Assembly: GCA_963662315.1 (NCBI GenBank)
Contig: OY759353.1
Span: forward strand, 768,001 to 832,000
Source: Geopsychrobacteraceae bacterium
Lineage (GTDB): Bacteria; Desulfobacterota; Desulfuromonadia; Desulfuromonadales; Geopsychrobacteraceae
Direction of reading: 5' to 3'
Length of the DNA: 64,000 nt
A program made the position numbers and the translations under genes. This document shows, one piece after another, positions 28,469-40,484 of the stretch. The notes beneath the pieces were generated by a model. That model did no database searches and had not been told where the DNA came from. It saw nothing but the letters and a program-made list of their open reading frames with translations. The stretch's first letter is position 1. The number at the start of each line of letters is the position of its first letter.

Positions 28469-28529
28469 CCTGTATATCCCCTTTTAAATGCTTGCCGACA
28501 CGATTGCCGGATGTGAAAAATTGTTCAAC

Positions 28530-29012
28530 CTAAAATTCGAATTTCAGGTTTGCCTTCTCTATTTGATCAAGATTCAATTCAAGTTCGACTTTTGCACGGC
28601 CCTGCAATTGAAGTTTAATGGTGTCGCCTGTTACGTCTACAAGGGTACCCATAAACGTTTTTTGCGCCTTTTTACCGTCTTCAACAGCAACAGGGAGGAT
28701 GGTTTTTAGCTTTATCTGTTCGCCAACAAAACGCAGAAAATGTTCCCTGGTTTTAAGGGGACGCTCGATTCCCGGAGAAGACACTTCAAGATTGTATGCT
28801 GTCGGAATAACATCTTCAACATCAAGCAAGGAACTTATTTCACGACTAGCATCAGCACAGTTATCAAGGGTGATGCCACCTTCCTTGTCGAGAAAAAAGC
28901 GCAAGGTCCAGCCATGCGGCTCCCGCTTATACTCAAGGTCTACCAGCTCAAGGCCTAAATCTTCAAGTACCGGCTGAACAAGATCTGCAATTTTTTCTAT
29001 TACTGAAACCAT
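28530..29012 (-). CDS. rimP: Ribosome maturation factor RimP
   Basis: 'YNLEVSSPGIERPL'; first gene of the nusA operon. Confidence 0.95.
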   Translation of the reverse strand: MVSVIEKIADLVQPVLEDLGLELVDLEYKREPHGWTLRFFLDKEGGITLDNCADASREISSLLDVEDVIPTAYNLEVSSPGIERPLKTREHFLRFVGEQIKLKTILPVAVEDGKKAQKTFMGTLVDVTGDTIKLQLQGRAKVELELNLDQIEKANLKFEF

Positions 29013-29028
29013 ACAACCTCTAGGCAAT

Positions 29029-29057
29029 AAAAAAAGCGAGCCATGGGGCTCACTTTT
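29029..29057 (-). promoter_or_regulatory. rimP-leader-like attenuator hairpin
   Basis: Minus strand AAAGTGAGCC-ccat-GGCTCGCTTTTTTT just upstream of rimP. Confidence 0.55.
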
Positions 29058-29123
29058 CAATGTTTCTTTAAAACTGCACTTTTATAGCACTTCGATTTAA
29101 AGCTTGCAAGAAAAATCTGGTTA

Positions 29124-29441
29124 TTATTCATATCTATAAAGATTGGGTAGAACTTTATTATTGTTGCGTAATCGGGCTTTTCTTAAAAAATCGGGCTGAA
29201 CCAGGTACCCTTTTGTGTTAGCAAGATAACTGTCAATCATGGCCTTTCTTACAGCGTCTATTTTATGCGTGGGAACGGCCATTTGATCAAGGACCTGCTG
29301 ATAGCTGATGTTCCTGTCATTCAGAGATGTGACCTTAACGAGAATGGAAACCTTATTGTAGTCGCCAAAATAGCGATTTGACTGGTCAAAGAACTGAACG
29401 ACGATTGTGTTATCAAGTGCTACTTCCTGAATCAGAGTCAT
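29124..29441 (-). CDS. Hypothetical protein
   Basis: ORF abutting the trmJ-like gene; 'FFDQSNRYFGDY'. Confidence 0.6.
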   Translation of the reverse strand: MTLIQEVALDNTIVVQFFDQSNRYFGDYNKVSILVKVTSLNDRNISYQQVLDQMAVPTHKIDAVRKAMIDSYLANTKGYLVQPDFLRKARLRNNNKVLPNLYRYE

Positions 29442-29442
29442 A

Positions 29443-30180
29443 CTATTTTCTCGCAAGTTTGGCGCCTGAAAAAACGTCGATCTGGTTAAACAGGCCCCTC
29501 AAAATTTTGACTTCTTTTTCATTTAACCCGGCACGACCAAGCATCCTCCGATAACTGCGCAGTATGTGATCCGGGTTTTGAGGGTTCAAATAGCCAATGT
29601 TGATCAAGGTTTGGCGCATATGCTGAAACATGCCCTCAATTTGCTCATTGGTTGCCAGACTCTTGCGACCGTAAGTCTGTTTCTGCATAACACCATTGAC
29701 CCTGATAACTTCATACAGGCAGAGACCAACTGCCTGTGCCAGATTCATAGAAGGCTGTTGGTCGGACGTCGGGATGGTAATAAAATGATGGCATAAATCA
29801 AGCTCATTGGTCAGCAGACCATTGTCTTCTCGCCCAAAAACAAGAGCGACGGTCCCTTCTTCTGTGGCCGGTACAATTATCTCGGAGGCATCTTCCGGAT
29901 GCAGCATGTTTTCACGGTAACGTCCAAAACGGCGTGTCGTTCCGAAGCTGGCAACACAATCATTTAGGGCGCCGGCCAATGAACTGAATATCTTGGCATT
30001 TTCCAAAACACCAGTGGCCTTGACAGCCATCATTTGCGCATCGCGACATAAGTGATCAACTTGGGGGTTAACAAGGCGTAAATCAGTAAAACCAAAATTA
30101 AGCATTGCTCGACATGTTGACCCGATATTGCGTGCTCCTCGTGGTTCAACCAGGACAACGGCCAGATTATTTCTGTTCAA
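29443..30180 (-). CDS. trmJ: SPOUT RNA methyltransferase, TrmJ/LasT family
   Basis: 'NIGSTCRAMLNFG', 'VFGREDNGL', 'SMNLAQAV'. Confidence 0.85.
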   Translation of the reverse strand: MNRNNLAVVLVEPRGARNIGSTCRAMLNFGFTDLRLVNPQVDHLCRDAQMMAVKATGVLENAKIFSSLAGALNDCVASFGTTRRFGRYRENMLHPEDASEIIVPATEEGTVALVFGREDNGLLTNELDLCHHFITIPTSDQQPSMNLAQAVGLCLYEVIRVNGVMQKQTYGRKSLATNEQIEGMFQHMRQTLINIGYLNPQNPDHILRSYRRMLGRAGLNEKEVKILRGLFNQIDVFSGAKLARK

Positions 30181-30200
30181 AACTACTCCTGTTATTGCAG

Positions 30201-30638
30201 TCAGGTGGACAATATAAAGGGTAACATTTCCGGAGCAAACCCGGATTCACGATAGTGCCTGAACCTGTCTCGGGACTGATCCGCCAAAATCTCATCGTAA
30301 ATTTCTGCAAGATCGATGACTTCACTGAAATGCTTTATGAAATTAATGGAGCAGGGATTTCCCATGATCAACGTTGTTGCTCCATTACAATTATTTTCCT
30401 GTGCGGTAATGACGATTGGCTCTGAATGACAATCGATAGCCCCACTGTCAAAGCAATGCGGCAGAAATGAAGCTTTGTCCCAGGTCCATAAAAACCGATC
30501 CAGTGCAATAGCCTGCTCCGGTTCCTGCAAATAAACAAGTATCCGTTGGCCATTTCTACTAAAAAAAGATTCGATAAGCTGGCATAGCAACCGGGCCTTC
30601 TCCGGACGTTCCTGCTTAACAAAGTAGAGTTTGGTCAT
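30201..30638 (-). CDS. holC: DNA polymerase III chi subunit
   Basis: 'LDRFLWTWDKASFLPH', 'SRDRFRHYRESG'. Confidence 0.85.
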   Translation of the reverse strand: MTKLYFVKQERPEKARLLCQLIESFFSRNGQRILVYLQEPEQAIALDRFLWTWDKASFLPHCFDSGAIDCHSEPIVITAQENNCNGATTLIMGNPCSINFIKHFSEVIDLAEIYDEILADQSRDRFRHYRESGFAPEMLPFILST

Positions 30639-31837
30639 GATTGCTTTAAGAGCTCCTGCATCAGTTTGTACCCGGGAAGAATATCGTTGCAGGCCTGCTT
30701 GGCGTAATTTTCAGTGTAAGAACAGTCCTTGTTATTCTGTTTTTTTGAAGAATCAAAAATAATATAGGGAACGGGGGCTGCCGTATGAGTACGTTTTGCA
30801 ACCGGGGTTGGGTGATCAGGGGTGATTAAAATTCGACAATCACCAATCTCATCAAGGTTGTCGAGAATAGTCCCAACAACCTCTTTGTCAAAACTTTCTA
30901 TGGCGCCAATCTTTTCTTGCAGCAGTCCGCCGTGGGCCGCTTCATCAGGAGCTTCAACATGAACGTAGACAAAATCTTTGTCTTTCAACGATGCAATTGC
31001 GTATTCGGCTTTACCTTTATAGTTGGTGTCAATATAGCCGGTTGCTCCGGGAACCTCGATGATATCCAACCCCGCATTTACCCCGATCCCTTTAATTAAA
31101 TCAACTGCAGAGATAACCGATCCGCTAAGTCCAAAAAGTTCCTTGTAGGTTTGCATCGAAGGTTTTTTGCCGTGCCCCCACAGCCAGATAGAGTTTGCAG
31201 GAACCTTATGGTCTGCAACCCTGCGATTGTTGACGGGGTGATCATGAAGCAGCATCTGGGCTGAATTAGTCAGGTCATAAAGAACGTCAGCGCCTTCCCC
31301 TTGGGGTAAGTAATCTTCGATACTTAGGGTTGAAATGTCATGTGGAGGGGTAAATGTCAGTTGTTCTTTGCCGTTTTTCCAGACCAGCAGGTGACGGTAT
31401 GAAACGCCAGGGTAAAACATAAATTCATCACCACCCAGTTCTTTCTGTAGGGTAGCAATAAGCTCTGAACTTTCTGATGTGCTGATGTGCCCTGCTGAGA
31501 AGTCACCCATATACAATTTACCGAAATGAGCTTCAAGCCAGACAAAGTTAAGTCGGAAAGCGACATCGTTAGGGTCTAAAGCCACTCCCATGCTGGCCGC
31601 TTCCAGTGGCGATCTGCCGGTATAGCAATCCTCGGGGTTGTAACCAAAAACTGATAGATTTGCGACATCGCTTCCAGGATGATACCCTGGTGGAACTGTC
31701 GCAGCGAGTCCAAGAAAGCCACTCCGGGCCAGGCGGTCCATATTGGGAGTGAAAGCAACTTCTAATGGTGTCTTCCCTCCTAAATCGGTATTGGGTTCAT
31801 CGGACATACCATCACCAAGAAGAACAATATATTTCAT
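30635..31837 (-). CDS. apgM: Cofactor-independent phosphoglycerate mutase (ApgM type)
   Basis: 'LGDGMSD', 'PGSDVAN', 'HVEAPDEAAH', 'PDHPTP'. Confidence 0.88.
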   Translation of the reverse strand: MKYIVLLGDGMSDEPNTDLGGKTPLEVAFTPNMDRLARSGFLGLAATVPPGYHPGSDVANLSVFGYNPEDCYTGRSPLEAASMGVALDPNDVAFRLNFVWLEAHFGKLYMGDFSAGHISTSESSELIATLQKELGGDEFMFYPGVSYRHLLVWKNGKEQLTFTPPHDISTLSIEDYLPQGEGADVLYDLTNSAQMLLHDHPVNNRRVADHKVPANSIWLWGHGKKPSMQTYKELFGLSGSVISAVDLIKGIGVNAGLDIIEVPGATGYIDTNYKGKAEYAIASLKDKDFVYVHVEAPDEAAHGGLLQEKIGAIESFDKEVVGTILDNLDEIGDCRILITPDHPTPVAKRTHTAAPVPYIIFDSSKKQNNKDCSYTENYAKQACNDILPGYKLMQELLKQS

Positions 31838-31849
31838 TATTGCAACCTT

Positions 31850-32743
31850 TTAACCCCTCGGGTGAAATTGTGTGTGAATCTTTTTCAGACGCTCTTGCAG
31901 AACATGGGTGTATATCTGAGTCGTTGAAATATCTGCATGCCCCAGCATACTTTGAACCGAACGCAAATCTGCACCATTCTCAAGCAGGTGGGTCGCGAAA
32001 GAATGACGCAGAATGTGCGGGTAGACCGGTTTACTGATGCTGGCTTTTAATGCGTAAGCGCGTAAATTTTTCCAGAATCCCTGACGACTCATATTGAGTC
32101 CGTGGCGATTCAGAAATACGAAATCGATCTTGTTGTCTTTTTTTAGAATTAATCTACCCTCGTGCAGATAATCAAGTAAAAATTCGAGAGCGACCTCCCC
32201 CAAAGGAATAAGACGCTGTTTTGCCCCCTTCCCTAGCGTTGTAATACACCCAACATCGGCTTTGATGTCACTTAACTTCAGATTGACCAATTCCGATACC
32301 CGCATGCCGGTTGCGTACAGGACTTCAAGCATGGCCCGGTCTCTTTGAACCGCAGGACCTGAACCTTGTGGTGCGGTCAGTAAAGATTCAACTTCACTCT
32401 GAGATAACAGCTTTGGCAGGGGTTGATAAATCTTAGGGGTTTCGATTAGAGCCGAAGGGTCCACAATGAGAAGGTTTTCCTTAACCAGAAATCGATGAAA
32501 GCCTCTTATGGAACTTAACACGCGTGCCCGACTGCGCGGAGAAATTGCCTTCTTTTTCTGCAAGAAGGTCAAATATTCAATAACGTGCGTCTGCTGGATC
32601 TCTGCTGCCCCTGAAAGATGACATTGTCCCTCCAGATAGTCGGCGTAATTTGTCAGGTCGCGACCATACGCACTCAGGGTGTTTGGGGAAAGCCCTTTTT
32701 CCACCGTCAGAAAATTTAAAAAACGATCGATAAGATCATTCAT
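31850..32743 (-). CDS. xerD: Site-specific tyrosine recombinase XerD
   Basis: 'LYATGMRVSEL', 'HILRHSFATHLLENGADLRSVQSMLGHADISTTQIYTHV', 'HPRG' end. Confidence 0.93.
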   Translation of the reverse strand: MNDLIDRFLNFLTVEKGLSPNTLSAYGRDLTNYADYLEGQCHLSGAAEIQQTHVIEYLTFLQKKKAISPRSRARVLSSIRGFHRFLVKENLLIVDPSALIETPKIYQPLPKLLSQSEVESLLTAPQGSGPAVQRDRAMLEVLYATGMRVSELVNLKLSDIKADVGCITTLGKGAKQRLIPLGEVALEFLLDYLHEGRLILKKDNKIDFVFLNRHGLNMSRQGFWKNLRAYALKASISKPVYPHILRHSFATHLLENGADLRSVQSMLGHADISTTQIYTHVLQERLKKIHTQFHPRG

Positions 32744-32752
32744 GCCAGGTAA

Positions 32753-35446
32753 TCAGCCTAAACGTTCAAGGAGCACTGATTTTATCTCCTCGATTTTCTT
32801 CGGATTGGTAATTTTCTGACCAAAGATATCCTGAACATAAAAGACGTCTGCCGCCTGATCGACTTTTGTCGCAATTTTGGAAACGGCAATATAAAGGCCA
32901 AGCTCTTTTAATGTTCTGGTGATCTCGTAGAGGAGACCGACTTTGTCAGTAGCATAGATATCCAGGACGGTAAAATTATCAGAAACCTCATTGTCGAGCT
33001 CAACCTTATTGGGCCGTTTGGGCCGATCACGTTTGATGGTGAGGTATGAAGGCTGATGGCATTTAGCAATCAGGTCTTCTACTTTGACACGTCCTTCGAT
33101 AACCGCTGACAGGTCGCGTTCAACCCGTTTCCATTTTTGAGCATTATCGACAACTTCTCCAACGGTATTGTTTACCTGCAAAATGTCAAGAACTGCACCT
33201 GTTTTTCTGGTATGAATCTGGGCACCCAAAATGTTGATTGAATGGGAAGCAAGCACACCGGCTATATAGGAAAAGAGTCCGGGACTATCAATGGTAGCGA
33301 TGGTCAATTCGGTATAATTAGAATCATGGTAATGCTGCACGTCCATAGCTAAAGAGTCTTTGCCACGGCTCAGGGCCAGGCGCAAGTGAGGGATAATCTG
33401 CTTAGACCGATAACTCATTAAATAACGATTATTGAGACTGTTAATCGCACGATTTACTGTAGCCTCGGAAAATTCACCCAGAAGTGCCTCACGAACTTTA
33501 CGTTTACGATTACGTGCTTTTTCAGAACGCTGCTCCTGATAAAAGTCCTTTTTCTCTATAATGTCATAGGTTTTTTCATAGAGTTCCTGCAGTAGGGACC
33601 CTTTCCATTCAGTCCAGACATCCGGGCCGACAGCCTTGATATCTGCAAATGTCAGCAGGTACAGCATGCGCAGATTCTCGCTCATGGTCATCAGTTCTGC
33701 AAATTGAGCGATCATGTTCATGTCCTGCAGATCGCGGCGTTGAGAAATATGTGCCATCTTCAAGTGATGCAGTACCAGAAATTGCAGCCGTTGCGTGTCT
33801 TCGCGATTAAGCCGCATGCGCCGAGCTATGGTCGGAATCATCTCAGCACCACGAATGCTGTGGTCCTTGCCGCTCCCCTTGCCAATATCATGAAACAGAA
33901 TAGACAGCAGCAGCAGCTCTCTTTTTTCTATATTGTTAGCGACATCGGTAAGCAATTCATGCTCTTTGGCGTATTCACCTGTCCATAATTTTTCCATTTC
34001 TTCAATGGCGAACAGCGAGTGAATGTCGACGGTGTAAATATGGTAAAGATCAAATTGAACCTTACAATAAATATTCTTGAATTCAGGAATGTATGCGTTT
34101 AGTAGATGCAGATGGTGCATTTTACGCAAAGTTTGGCCAACACCTTTGGGTTTGCGCAGGATCGCCATGAAGGAATCATTCATCCGTTTTGAGCGCCTGA
34201 CCTTGTCATTAATAAGATGAAGGTTCTCGCGTATCAGGAGTTTGAGCTCAACGGCCATTTCAGCTTCCTGCTTATGAGTCAGCTCAAAGGCGACCATCAT
34301 AAGAGCTGGGTCTTGAATGATCAAATTGTCATCTTTTATGCGCAACTCGCCACGGATGATATAAAATCCATCCTCAAGATTGCGTCGCCCCAGAAAGGTG
34401 AAGACGCCGTTCGGCTGGTTGCGGCGCGTTGCATTTAAAATGATTTTTGAGGCCAGGTGTTCAATGCGAATAGCATTGGCATAATAGTCCTGCATGAAGC
34501 TTTCTACTGCAGAACTGGACGAGTTTTTTCTATAGCCTAAAAAGTTGGCTATCTTTTCCTGTAATTCAAAAGTTAGTTGGTCCGATTTTCTTTGATTGTT
34601 GAAGTGTAGAAAATTACGAATATTCCATAAGTAATTCTGAGCCTTTTGATATTCGTCAATTTCTTCCTCAGAGACAATGCCTTTGATCAGTAAATCACGC
34701 AAATTGGCAGCTTTGAATTTGACTCTGGCAATCCATAGCGCGTCCTGCAACTCCCTGAGTCCTCCTTCCCCTTCTTTAAGGTTTGGCTCAAGCAAATAGA
34801 CAGATGATCCGTATTTGCGTTTCCTTTCTTCTCTCTCCTCAAGTTTAGCCACAATGAAATTCTGAGTATCATGGCTGATTACATAGGGGATAACCGTTTC
34901 GACGAAATTATGGAAGACCGTCTGACTGCCGGTCAGAAAACGGCCGTCCAGAAGGGATGTTCTTACGGTACTATCCTTGGCTTCTTCGATACAACTACTT
35001 CCCGAACGGACACTGTAGCCGATATCCAGGTTGAGATCCCATAACATGTAAAGCATACGGTCGGATATTGACTTGGCGGTAGCTGCTCCTTCCGGAGTAT
35101 AATAAAACATCAGGTCGAGGTCCGAGCGAGGACTCATCTCGCTCCGGCCGTAGCCACCAAGAGCGATCAGTGCACAACCGTTTACACCTCCGGGGTCAAG
35201 GCCTACAGTTGAAGCCTGATAAAGCCCAACTGTTAGCTGATCATAAATCCTAGTCAGTTCATTTACAATTTTACGTCCGCCGAATCCGCTCTCATTGAGC
35301 TTTGCGATACGGGTCAATTGCTTGGCAAGATAGTCACCTGCAGCAGCGACAATTGTACTTCTTTGTTTGTCAAAGTCTAAAACCCGATCAAAAAGAAATT
35401 GATCCTGATCATTTTCTAAGATTTGACTGGTTGTGGTCATCGTCAT
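32753..35446 (-). CDS. glnD: [Protein-PII] uridylyltransferase
   Basis: 'ALGGYGR...SDLD', HD domain 'HIYTVDIH...FHDIGKG', two ACT domains. Confidence 0.96.
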   Translation of the reverse strand: MTMTTTSQILENDQDQFLFDRVLDFDKQRSTIVAAAGDYLAKQLTRIAKLNESGFGGRKIVNELTRIYDQLTVGLYQASTVGLDPGGVNGCALIALGGYGRSEMSPRSDLDLMFYYTPEGAATAKSISDRMLYMLWDLNLDIGYSVRSGSSCIEEAKDSTVRTSLLDGRFLTGSQTVFHNFVETVIPYVISHDTQNFIVAKLEEREERKRKYGSSVYLLEPNLKEGEGGLRELQDALWIARVKFKAANLRDLLIKGIVSEEEIDEYQKAQNYLWNIRNFLHFNNQRKSDQLTFELQEKIANFLGYRKNSSSSAVESFMQDYYANAIRIEHLASKIILNATRRNQPNGVFTFLGRRNLEDGFYIIRGELRIKDDNLIIQDPALMMVAFELTHKQEAEMAVELKLLIRENLHLINDKVRRSKRMNDSFMAILRKPKGVGQTLRKMHHLHLLNAYIPEFKNIYCKVQFDLYHIYTVDIHSLFAIEEMEKLWTGEYAKEHELLTDVANNIEKRELLLLSILFHDIGKGSGKDHSIRGAEMIPTIARRMRLNREDTQRLQFLVLHHLKMAHISQRRDLQDMNMIAQFAELMTMSENLRMLYLLTFADIKAVGPDVWTEWKGSLLQELYEKTYDIIEKKDFYQEQRSEKARNRKRKVREALLGEFSEATVNRAINSLNNRYLMSYRSKQIIPHLRLALSRGKDSLAMDVQHYHDSNYTELTIATIDSPGLFSYIAGVLASHSINILGAQIHTRKTGAVLDILQVNNTVGEVVDNAQKWKRVERDLSAVIEGRVKVEDLIAKCHQPSYLTIKRDRPKRPNKVELDNEVSDNFTVLDIYATDKVGLLYEITRTLKELGLYIAVSKIATKVDQAADVFYVQDIFGQKITNPKKIEEIKSVLLERLG

Positions 35447-37152
35447 CGTTTGGCAACCTGATCTAAGCTAGCGGAATAGTGTTTCACACCGTTGGCAATG
35501 CCAGAGGCAACACGTTGTTGAAATGATTTTGAAGTAAGCCGTTTAACTTCGCGCGGGTTGCTGATAAATGCAGCTTCCACAAGTACAGAGGGCATAGTCG
35601 CTCCGAGTAATACATGAAAAGGCCCCTGTTTAACTCCAAGGTCACGAATATTGCTGTACTTGGATTCCAAGCCCTTGACCAATGCCTGTTGGACCTCCGC
35701 AGCTAGCCGACTGGATTCGTTGATTTTAGCATTTGCCATCAAGTCGAACAAGATCGCTTCGAGATTACCCACATCCTGCATTGACGTACCGTTTTCCCGT
35801 GCTGCGACCTCGGCAGCCTTGTCGTTTTTTGACAGATTCAGAAAGTAGGTTTCAGTTCCATAAGCCTTGGAATTTCTACTCGCATTAGCATGCAAGCTGA
35901 TAAACAGGTCTGCTCCGACCTTATTGGCATAGGCGGTACGTTCTTTAAGTTCAAGAAAACGGTCCTCGGTTCTGGTCAGTAACACTTTGACTTTAAGCTG
36001 TGTGCGCAATTCTTCGGCGACAGCCTTGGCCAGTTCCAAGGTGACATCTTTTTCAAAAACATTATCAGGGCCAACTGCTCCAGGATCTTTGCCCCCATGG
36101 CCCGCATCAACAACGATCAGGTGTATCCCCTCATCATGTTGTTCCTGAGGCACATGGAGTACAGGAATCTTATCGGCCTGATCATTTAAGATATTGGCAA
36201 TGTCATCATCTTGCGAGGCGGGCGCTGGAATCGCATTTTGACTGGAACTGATGCCTGCAGCAGTTGATGAACCGAGTACGTCAATCACTACCCGGTAAGG
36301 ATTTTGTAATAAATTAAGGCGATATTCTGTTTGTTTGTTCAGGTCTATAACCACGCGGGTTTTGTCAACGCTGTATTGAGCGGTTCTGACCTGCTTGACC
36401 AGCCCATTCCTGATCGGTACCTCTGGAGCGACAGTCGGACTTGTTTGGGTATACATCAGATCGAAGAAGATACGGGGACTGTCACCATTCAGAACGACAG
36501 GCTTGGCGACCACCGGAGCCGTAAGGTCCAGTACGATGCGAGTATATTCGGGGCCGCTCCAGTAGCGAATTTTCTGCAAGGTTGGTGCAGAGCCAACACT
36601 CTCATCAGCATATTTATTTAGCGCTTCGGGGGCAGGAGGAACGGTAGAATCTTCAAGGCCCAGAGCCTTGATACGACTCTGTGCCTGCCTGACCATGTCG
36701 CCTGAGGCATAGGAAGACACTATCTGCTGATAGTAAGATTGCGCCGCAGGAAAATCCTGCAGTCTGGTTTCTGCGGTTCTGCCAGCATGAAACAGGGCAT
36801 CATCAGCAAGAGAGCTGTGTGGAAAACTCTGAATCAACCGTTTATAGGCTATAACTGTTTCACGGGCGTCATCAGTGCGGCCAGAAGCCATTGATAAGCC
36901 ATCCCAGGTGCGGCCGAGTAAATACAGGGCTTTATCCAGTGACGGGTCCTGCGGGTGACTCTGGATATAACTGGAGAAACGGCGAATCAAGCGCTCCCAA
37001 TTGAGGCGCTGTTTCTGTAACGATACGGAAGTGGCCAGTTTCCGGTAGTCATTGCGAAGAGCATCATACGATTCTGCGTTCACCGGTCCTGCTGCGAGTA
37101 AACAGATCAGTAAACTGACAATTGACAGAATAACTTTATAATATTTCATCAA
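35443..37152 (-). CDS. N-acetylmuramoyl-L-alanine amidase with TPR-like and AMIN domains
   Basis: Signal peptide, '[11 protein letters not shown]', 'FISLHAN', 'PSVLVE'. Confidence 0.9.
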   Translation of the reverse strand: MMKYYKVILSIVSLLICLLAAGPVNAESYDALRNDYRKLATSVSLQKQRLNWERLIRRFSSYIQSHPQDPSLDKALYLLGRTWDGLSMASGRTDDARETVIAYKRLIQSFPHSSLADDALFHAGRTAETRLQDFPAAQSYYQQIVSSYASGDMVRQAQSRIKALGLEDSTVPPAPEALNKYADESVGSAPTLQKIRYWSGPEYTRIVLDLTAPVVAKPVVLNGDSPRIFFDLMYTQTSPTVAPEVPIRNGLVKQVRTAQYSVDKTRVVIDLNKQTEYRLNLLQNPYRVVIDVLGSSTAAGISSSQNAIPAPASQDDDIANILNDQADKIPVLHVPQEQHDEGIHLIVVDAGHGGKDPGAVGPDNVFEKDVTLELAKAVAEELRTQLKVKVLLTRTEDRFLELKERTAYANKVGADLFISLHANASRNSKAYGTETYFLNLSKNDKAAEVAARENGTSMQDVGNLEAILFDLMANAKINESSRLAAEVQQALVKGLESKYSNIRDLGVKQGPFHVLLGATMPSVLVEAAFISNPREVKRLTSKSFQQRVASGIANGVKHYSASLDQVAKR

Positions 37153-39764
37153 AGTAACTTTTTTAGCTCATGCAGAATATTTAACGCTTCAAGTGGGGTC
37201 GTCTGACTGACATCAATACGCTCAAGATGAGCCCTGACAACATCTTCAATTCCGGTCGAAAATAATGAAAGTTGATTGCTGGTCGCTTTTTTTGGTTTCT
37301 CTGTGCTTTCACCAATGCGGGGTTCGCCTTCTCGAACGAACTCACCCTTTTCAAGATTACGTAGAATCTCTTTGGCCCGGGCGATTACCGTGTCCGGGAG
37401 GCCAGCCAATCGGCCAACCTGAATACCGTAGGAACGGCTGGCGCCACCGGTGATAATCTTTCTTAAAAAAATGATCTGATCATTCCATTCTTTGACCGCG
37501 ACGTTGTAATTTTTAACTCGATTGCGGGTTATTGCCAAGTCAGTAAGTTCGTGGTAGTGGGTGGCAAACAAGGTTTTTGCAGCAATCTTGGGATTATCAT
37601 GAAGATATTCAGCGACAGCCCAGGCAATGCTGACACCATCATAGGTTGATGTCCCCCGACCAATCTCGTCCAGAATAATCAGACTGTTTGCTGTGGCATG
37701 GCGCAGGATGTTCGCTGTCTCGGTCATTTCGACCATAAACGTAGACTGCCCTTTGGCGAGATTGTCACTGGCTCCAACACGAGTGAAAATACGGTCAACA
37801 ACGCCAATATGCGCGTTTTCAGCGGGAACAAAGCTACCAATTTGCGCCATCAGGGTGATCAGCGCAACCTGACGCATAAATGTTGATTTTCCAGCCATGT
37901 TGGGGCCTGTAATTATCAACAACTGGTTTTTGTCCTGATCAAGAAGCGTATCATTCGGGACGAAGGCTTCTTTCAAAGGCATCCCTTCGACCACTGGGTG
38001 GCGACCACCATCAATTTTGATGATACCTGATTCGTCGATAACCGGTGCGACATAATTGCGCTCATGGGCCAGATCAGCAAGTGCCAGCAATGAATCTATC
38101 TCAGCTAACGCTTCAGCACACTGCTGAATCTTCTTGGAGTCTGCCGCGGCTTTCAGGCGTACCTCCTGAAACAGGTTGAATTCCAGCTCAACCATACGAT
38201 CTTCAGCACCAAGTACCTTATCCTCATATTCCTTAAGGCGTGGTGTAATAAACCGTTCGGCATTCGACAACGTCTGTTTACGTTGATACTCTTCTGGGAT
38301 CCGGTCCAGATGGCGGTTGGTTATTTCAATAAAATATCCAAAGACTTTATTGTATTTAACTTTCAGACTGCTGATGCCGGTTTTTTCGCGTTCTTCCTGT
38401 TCTAACCGGGCGATCCAGCCTTTGCCTTCACGGCTGATAAGGCGTAATTCATCTAGTTCAGGATGAAACTGATCGCGAATCAGTCCGCCATCACGCAGGA
38501 CAAAGGGCGGATCATCGACAATGGCCTTCTCCAGAAGCTGGCAGAGTTCAGGAAGCAGGTCAAGTCTCTGGCGCAAACCTTTTGCGTAATTGCTATTCAG
38601 TGAGGCCATCAGATCATCAATCTGCGGTAATTGTTGCAGAGAAGATCGCAACGCGACAAGATCTTTGGCATTGGCACTTGCCATGGAAATTTTGCTGTTT
38701 AAACGTTCCAGATCGTAGACGCCATCAAGACCTTCGAGAAGATCAATCCTTAGCAGACTCTGGTCAACCAGTTCAGCTATGGCTTGCTGACGGGCAAGAA
38801 TCTGATCTTTGTTGATTAACGGGTAGTGAATCCAGTGGCGCAGGGTTCTGCCTCCCATAGCCGTAACCGTGCGGTCCAGTACCCCAAGCAATGATCCACG
38901 TTTCTTACCGTCCTGCAGTGTTGCTGTAAGTTCGAGGTTGCGACGGGTGCTGTCGTCAAGCAACATATAGTTTTGAGTGAAATATGTTTCAAGAGTACGG
39001 AGGTGTTGCAAATCACTTTTCTGGGTCTGTTTTAGGTAATACAAAACTGCCGACGCTGCTAACTGTGCTGCAGGAAGGTTCTCGCAGCCGAGAGCCTGTA
39101 ACCCCGGGACATTGAAAAAGGTGCGTAACTGTTCATAGGCGTAATCGGTTTCATAAACCCAGTCGGGAAGCAGGTTACACATGATTCCATCAAGTAATGG
39201 CGCAATCAACTTGTTAAGCGATTGACCGGTTTCGCTGTCGGCAAAGAGAATTTCACGTGGTCTGAGGGAACCTATTTCACTTTCAACCTGCTCGAGCGAA
39301 TCAACCTGAGTAGCACGAAATTCCCCGGTGGTTATGTCGACGTGCGAAATACCATAGAGCTCACCAATCTGGGTAACCGCCAGCAGAAAATTATTCTCTT
39401 TCGGCTCAAGGATGTCCGTGTCGGTGACCAACCCCGGCGTCACAACCCGAACGACCTCTCTTTTGACGATGCCTTTTGCTGTTTTAGGGTCTTCAACCTG
39501 TTCGCAAATGGCAACCTTGTGCCCTTCAGACACCAACTTGGCAATATATCCCTGGCTGCTATGGTAGGGGATTCCACACAATGGTACTGCATCGGCATCC
39601 CCTTTGTTTCTGGACGTAAGGGTTATCCCTAAAACACGCGATGCGACAATCGCATCGTCCATAAACATCTCATAAAAATCACCAAGACGGAAAAATAGGA
39701 TGGAATCCGCATAATCAGATTTTATTTCAAGATATTGGCGCATTAATGGTGTTGCTGTAGACAT
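37149..39764 (-). CDS. mutS: DNA mismatch repair protein MutS
   Basis: 'TPLMRQY', 'GDFYEMF', 'GPNMAGKST', 'DEIGRGTST'. Confidence 0.98.
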   Translation of the reverse strand: MSTATPLMRQYLEIKSDYADSILFFRLGDFYEMFMDDAIVASRVLGITLTSRNKGDADAVPLCGIPYHSSQGYIAKLVSEGHKVAICEQVEDPKTAKGIVKREVVRVVTPGLVTDTDILEPKENNFLLAVTQIGELYGISHVDITTGEFRATQVDSLEQVESEIGSLRPREILFADSETGQSLNKLIAPLLDGIMCNLLPDWVYETDYAYEQLRTFFNVPGLQALGCENLPAAQLAASAVLYYLKQTQKSDLQHLRTLETYFTQNYMLLDDSTRRNLELTATLQDGKKRGSLLGVLDRTVTAMGGRTLRHWIHYPLINKDQILARQQAIAELVDQSLLRIDLLEGLDGVYDLERLNSKISMASANAKDLVALRSSLQQLPQIDDLMASLNSNYAKGLRQRLDLLPELCQLLEKAIVDDPPFVLRDGGLIRDQFHPELDELRLISREGKGWIARLEQEEREKTGISSLKVKYNKVFGYFIEITNRHLDRIPEEYQRKQTLSNAERFITPRLKEYEDKVLGAEDRMVELEFNLFQEVRLKAAADSKKIQQCAEALAEIDSLLALADLAHERNYVAPVIDESGIIKIDGGRHPVVEGMPLKEAFVPNDTLLDQDKNQLLIITGPNMAGKSTFMRQVALITLMAQIGSFVPAENAHIGVVDRIFTRVGASDNLAKGQSTFMVEMTETANILRHATANSLIILDEIGRGTSTYDGVSIAWAVAEYLHDNPKIAAKTLFATHYHELTDLAITRNRVKNYNVAVKEWNDQIIFLRKIITGGASRSYGIQVGRLAGLPDTVIARAKEILRNLEKGEFVREGEPRIGESTEKPKKATSNQLSLFSTGIEDVVRAHLERIDVSQTTPLEALNILHELKKLL

Positions 39765-39978
39765 ATTAAGAAATCCTGCGTTGCCTGCGTTCTCCAGGAG
39801 AGCTGTATTCACGATATATAAATCACGCATCCTAGCAAAGCAGCATACACAAGTAAACCAGCAAGGTTAAATTAGTCGCCTGGGAACCTTGACCAAATGG
39901 GTATGGAAATGCTAAGAGTTTTGGTTTGTTATCTATTAATCGCAGATTCTTATCGCGGTGAGCCTGGAGTGAGGTTAT

Positions 39979-40473
39979 ATGCTATCTTCAACGCAACTGT
40001 TCGACATCGATACCTTTAATATTGCCAGTCTGGAAGACGAGGGGCGTGTTGATCGTCTTTGTCATGAACTTTTGATTCTGTTTCACGCAGATCTTGTGGG
40101 ATCACAGGAAACAGAACCATTGCTTGCTGGCAGTATGGCTCGCGGTGCCGACTACTTTTTACGCGATTATATGATCGATTGTCAGCGAAGAAATATTTTC
40201 CATATCACTCCGGAACTGTTACGTAGCTTTGGGGGATACTGGTATATAATTAACAATATCGAACCCGCTATGGAAGAATTGGCCCCTATTTTAAGCGGTG
40301 TGAAGCAGTTTTACTCTTATTGCCATACCAACGCTTTGATCTCGCAGGAAATACTGACGGCGATTTCTGAGGTCTGTAATGATCATATGTATTTCCGGGA
40401 CCGCATAGAGTCCTTTTTCACCCTTGAAGATGACGGGTATATGGTTTGGAAAAGTGAATGCCCGGTTTCATAA
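39979..40473 (+). CDS. Hypothetical protein
   Basis: 164-aa ORF with RBS, divergent from mutS. Confidence 0.7.
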   Translation: MLSSTQLFDIDTFNIASLEDEGRVDRLCHELLILFHADLVGSQETEPLLAGSMARGADYFLRDYMIDCQRRNIFHITPELLRSFGGYWYIINNIEPAMEELAPILSGVKQFYSYCHTNALISQEILTAISEVCNDHMYFRDRIESFFTLEDDGYMVWKSECPVS

Positions 40474-40484
40474 AGGGGAAAAAC

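Noticed and set aside
31850..32743. Tyrosine recombinase as a mobile-element integrase
   Set aside because: It has XerD signature motifs and is embedded in the housekeeping mutS-amidase-glnD-xerD-apgM-holC run.
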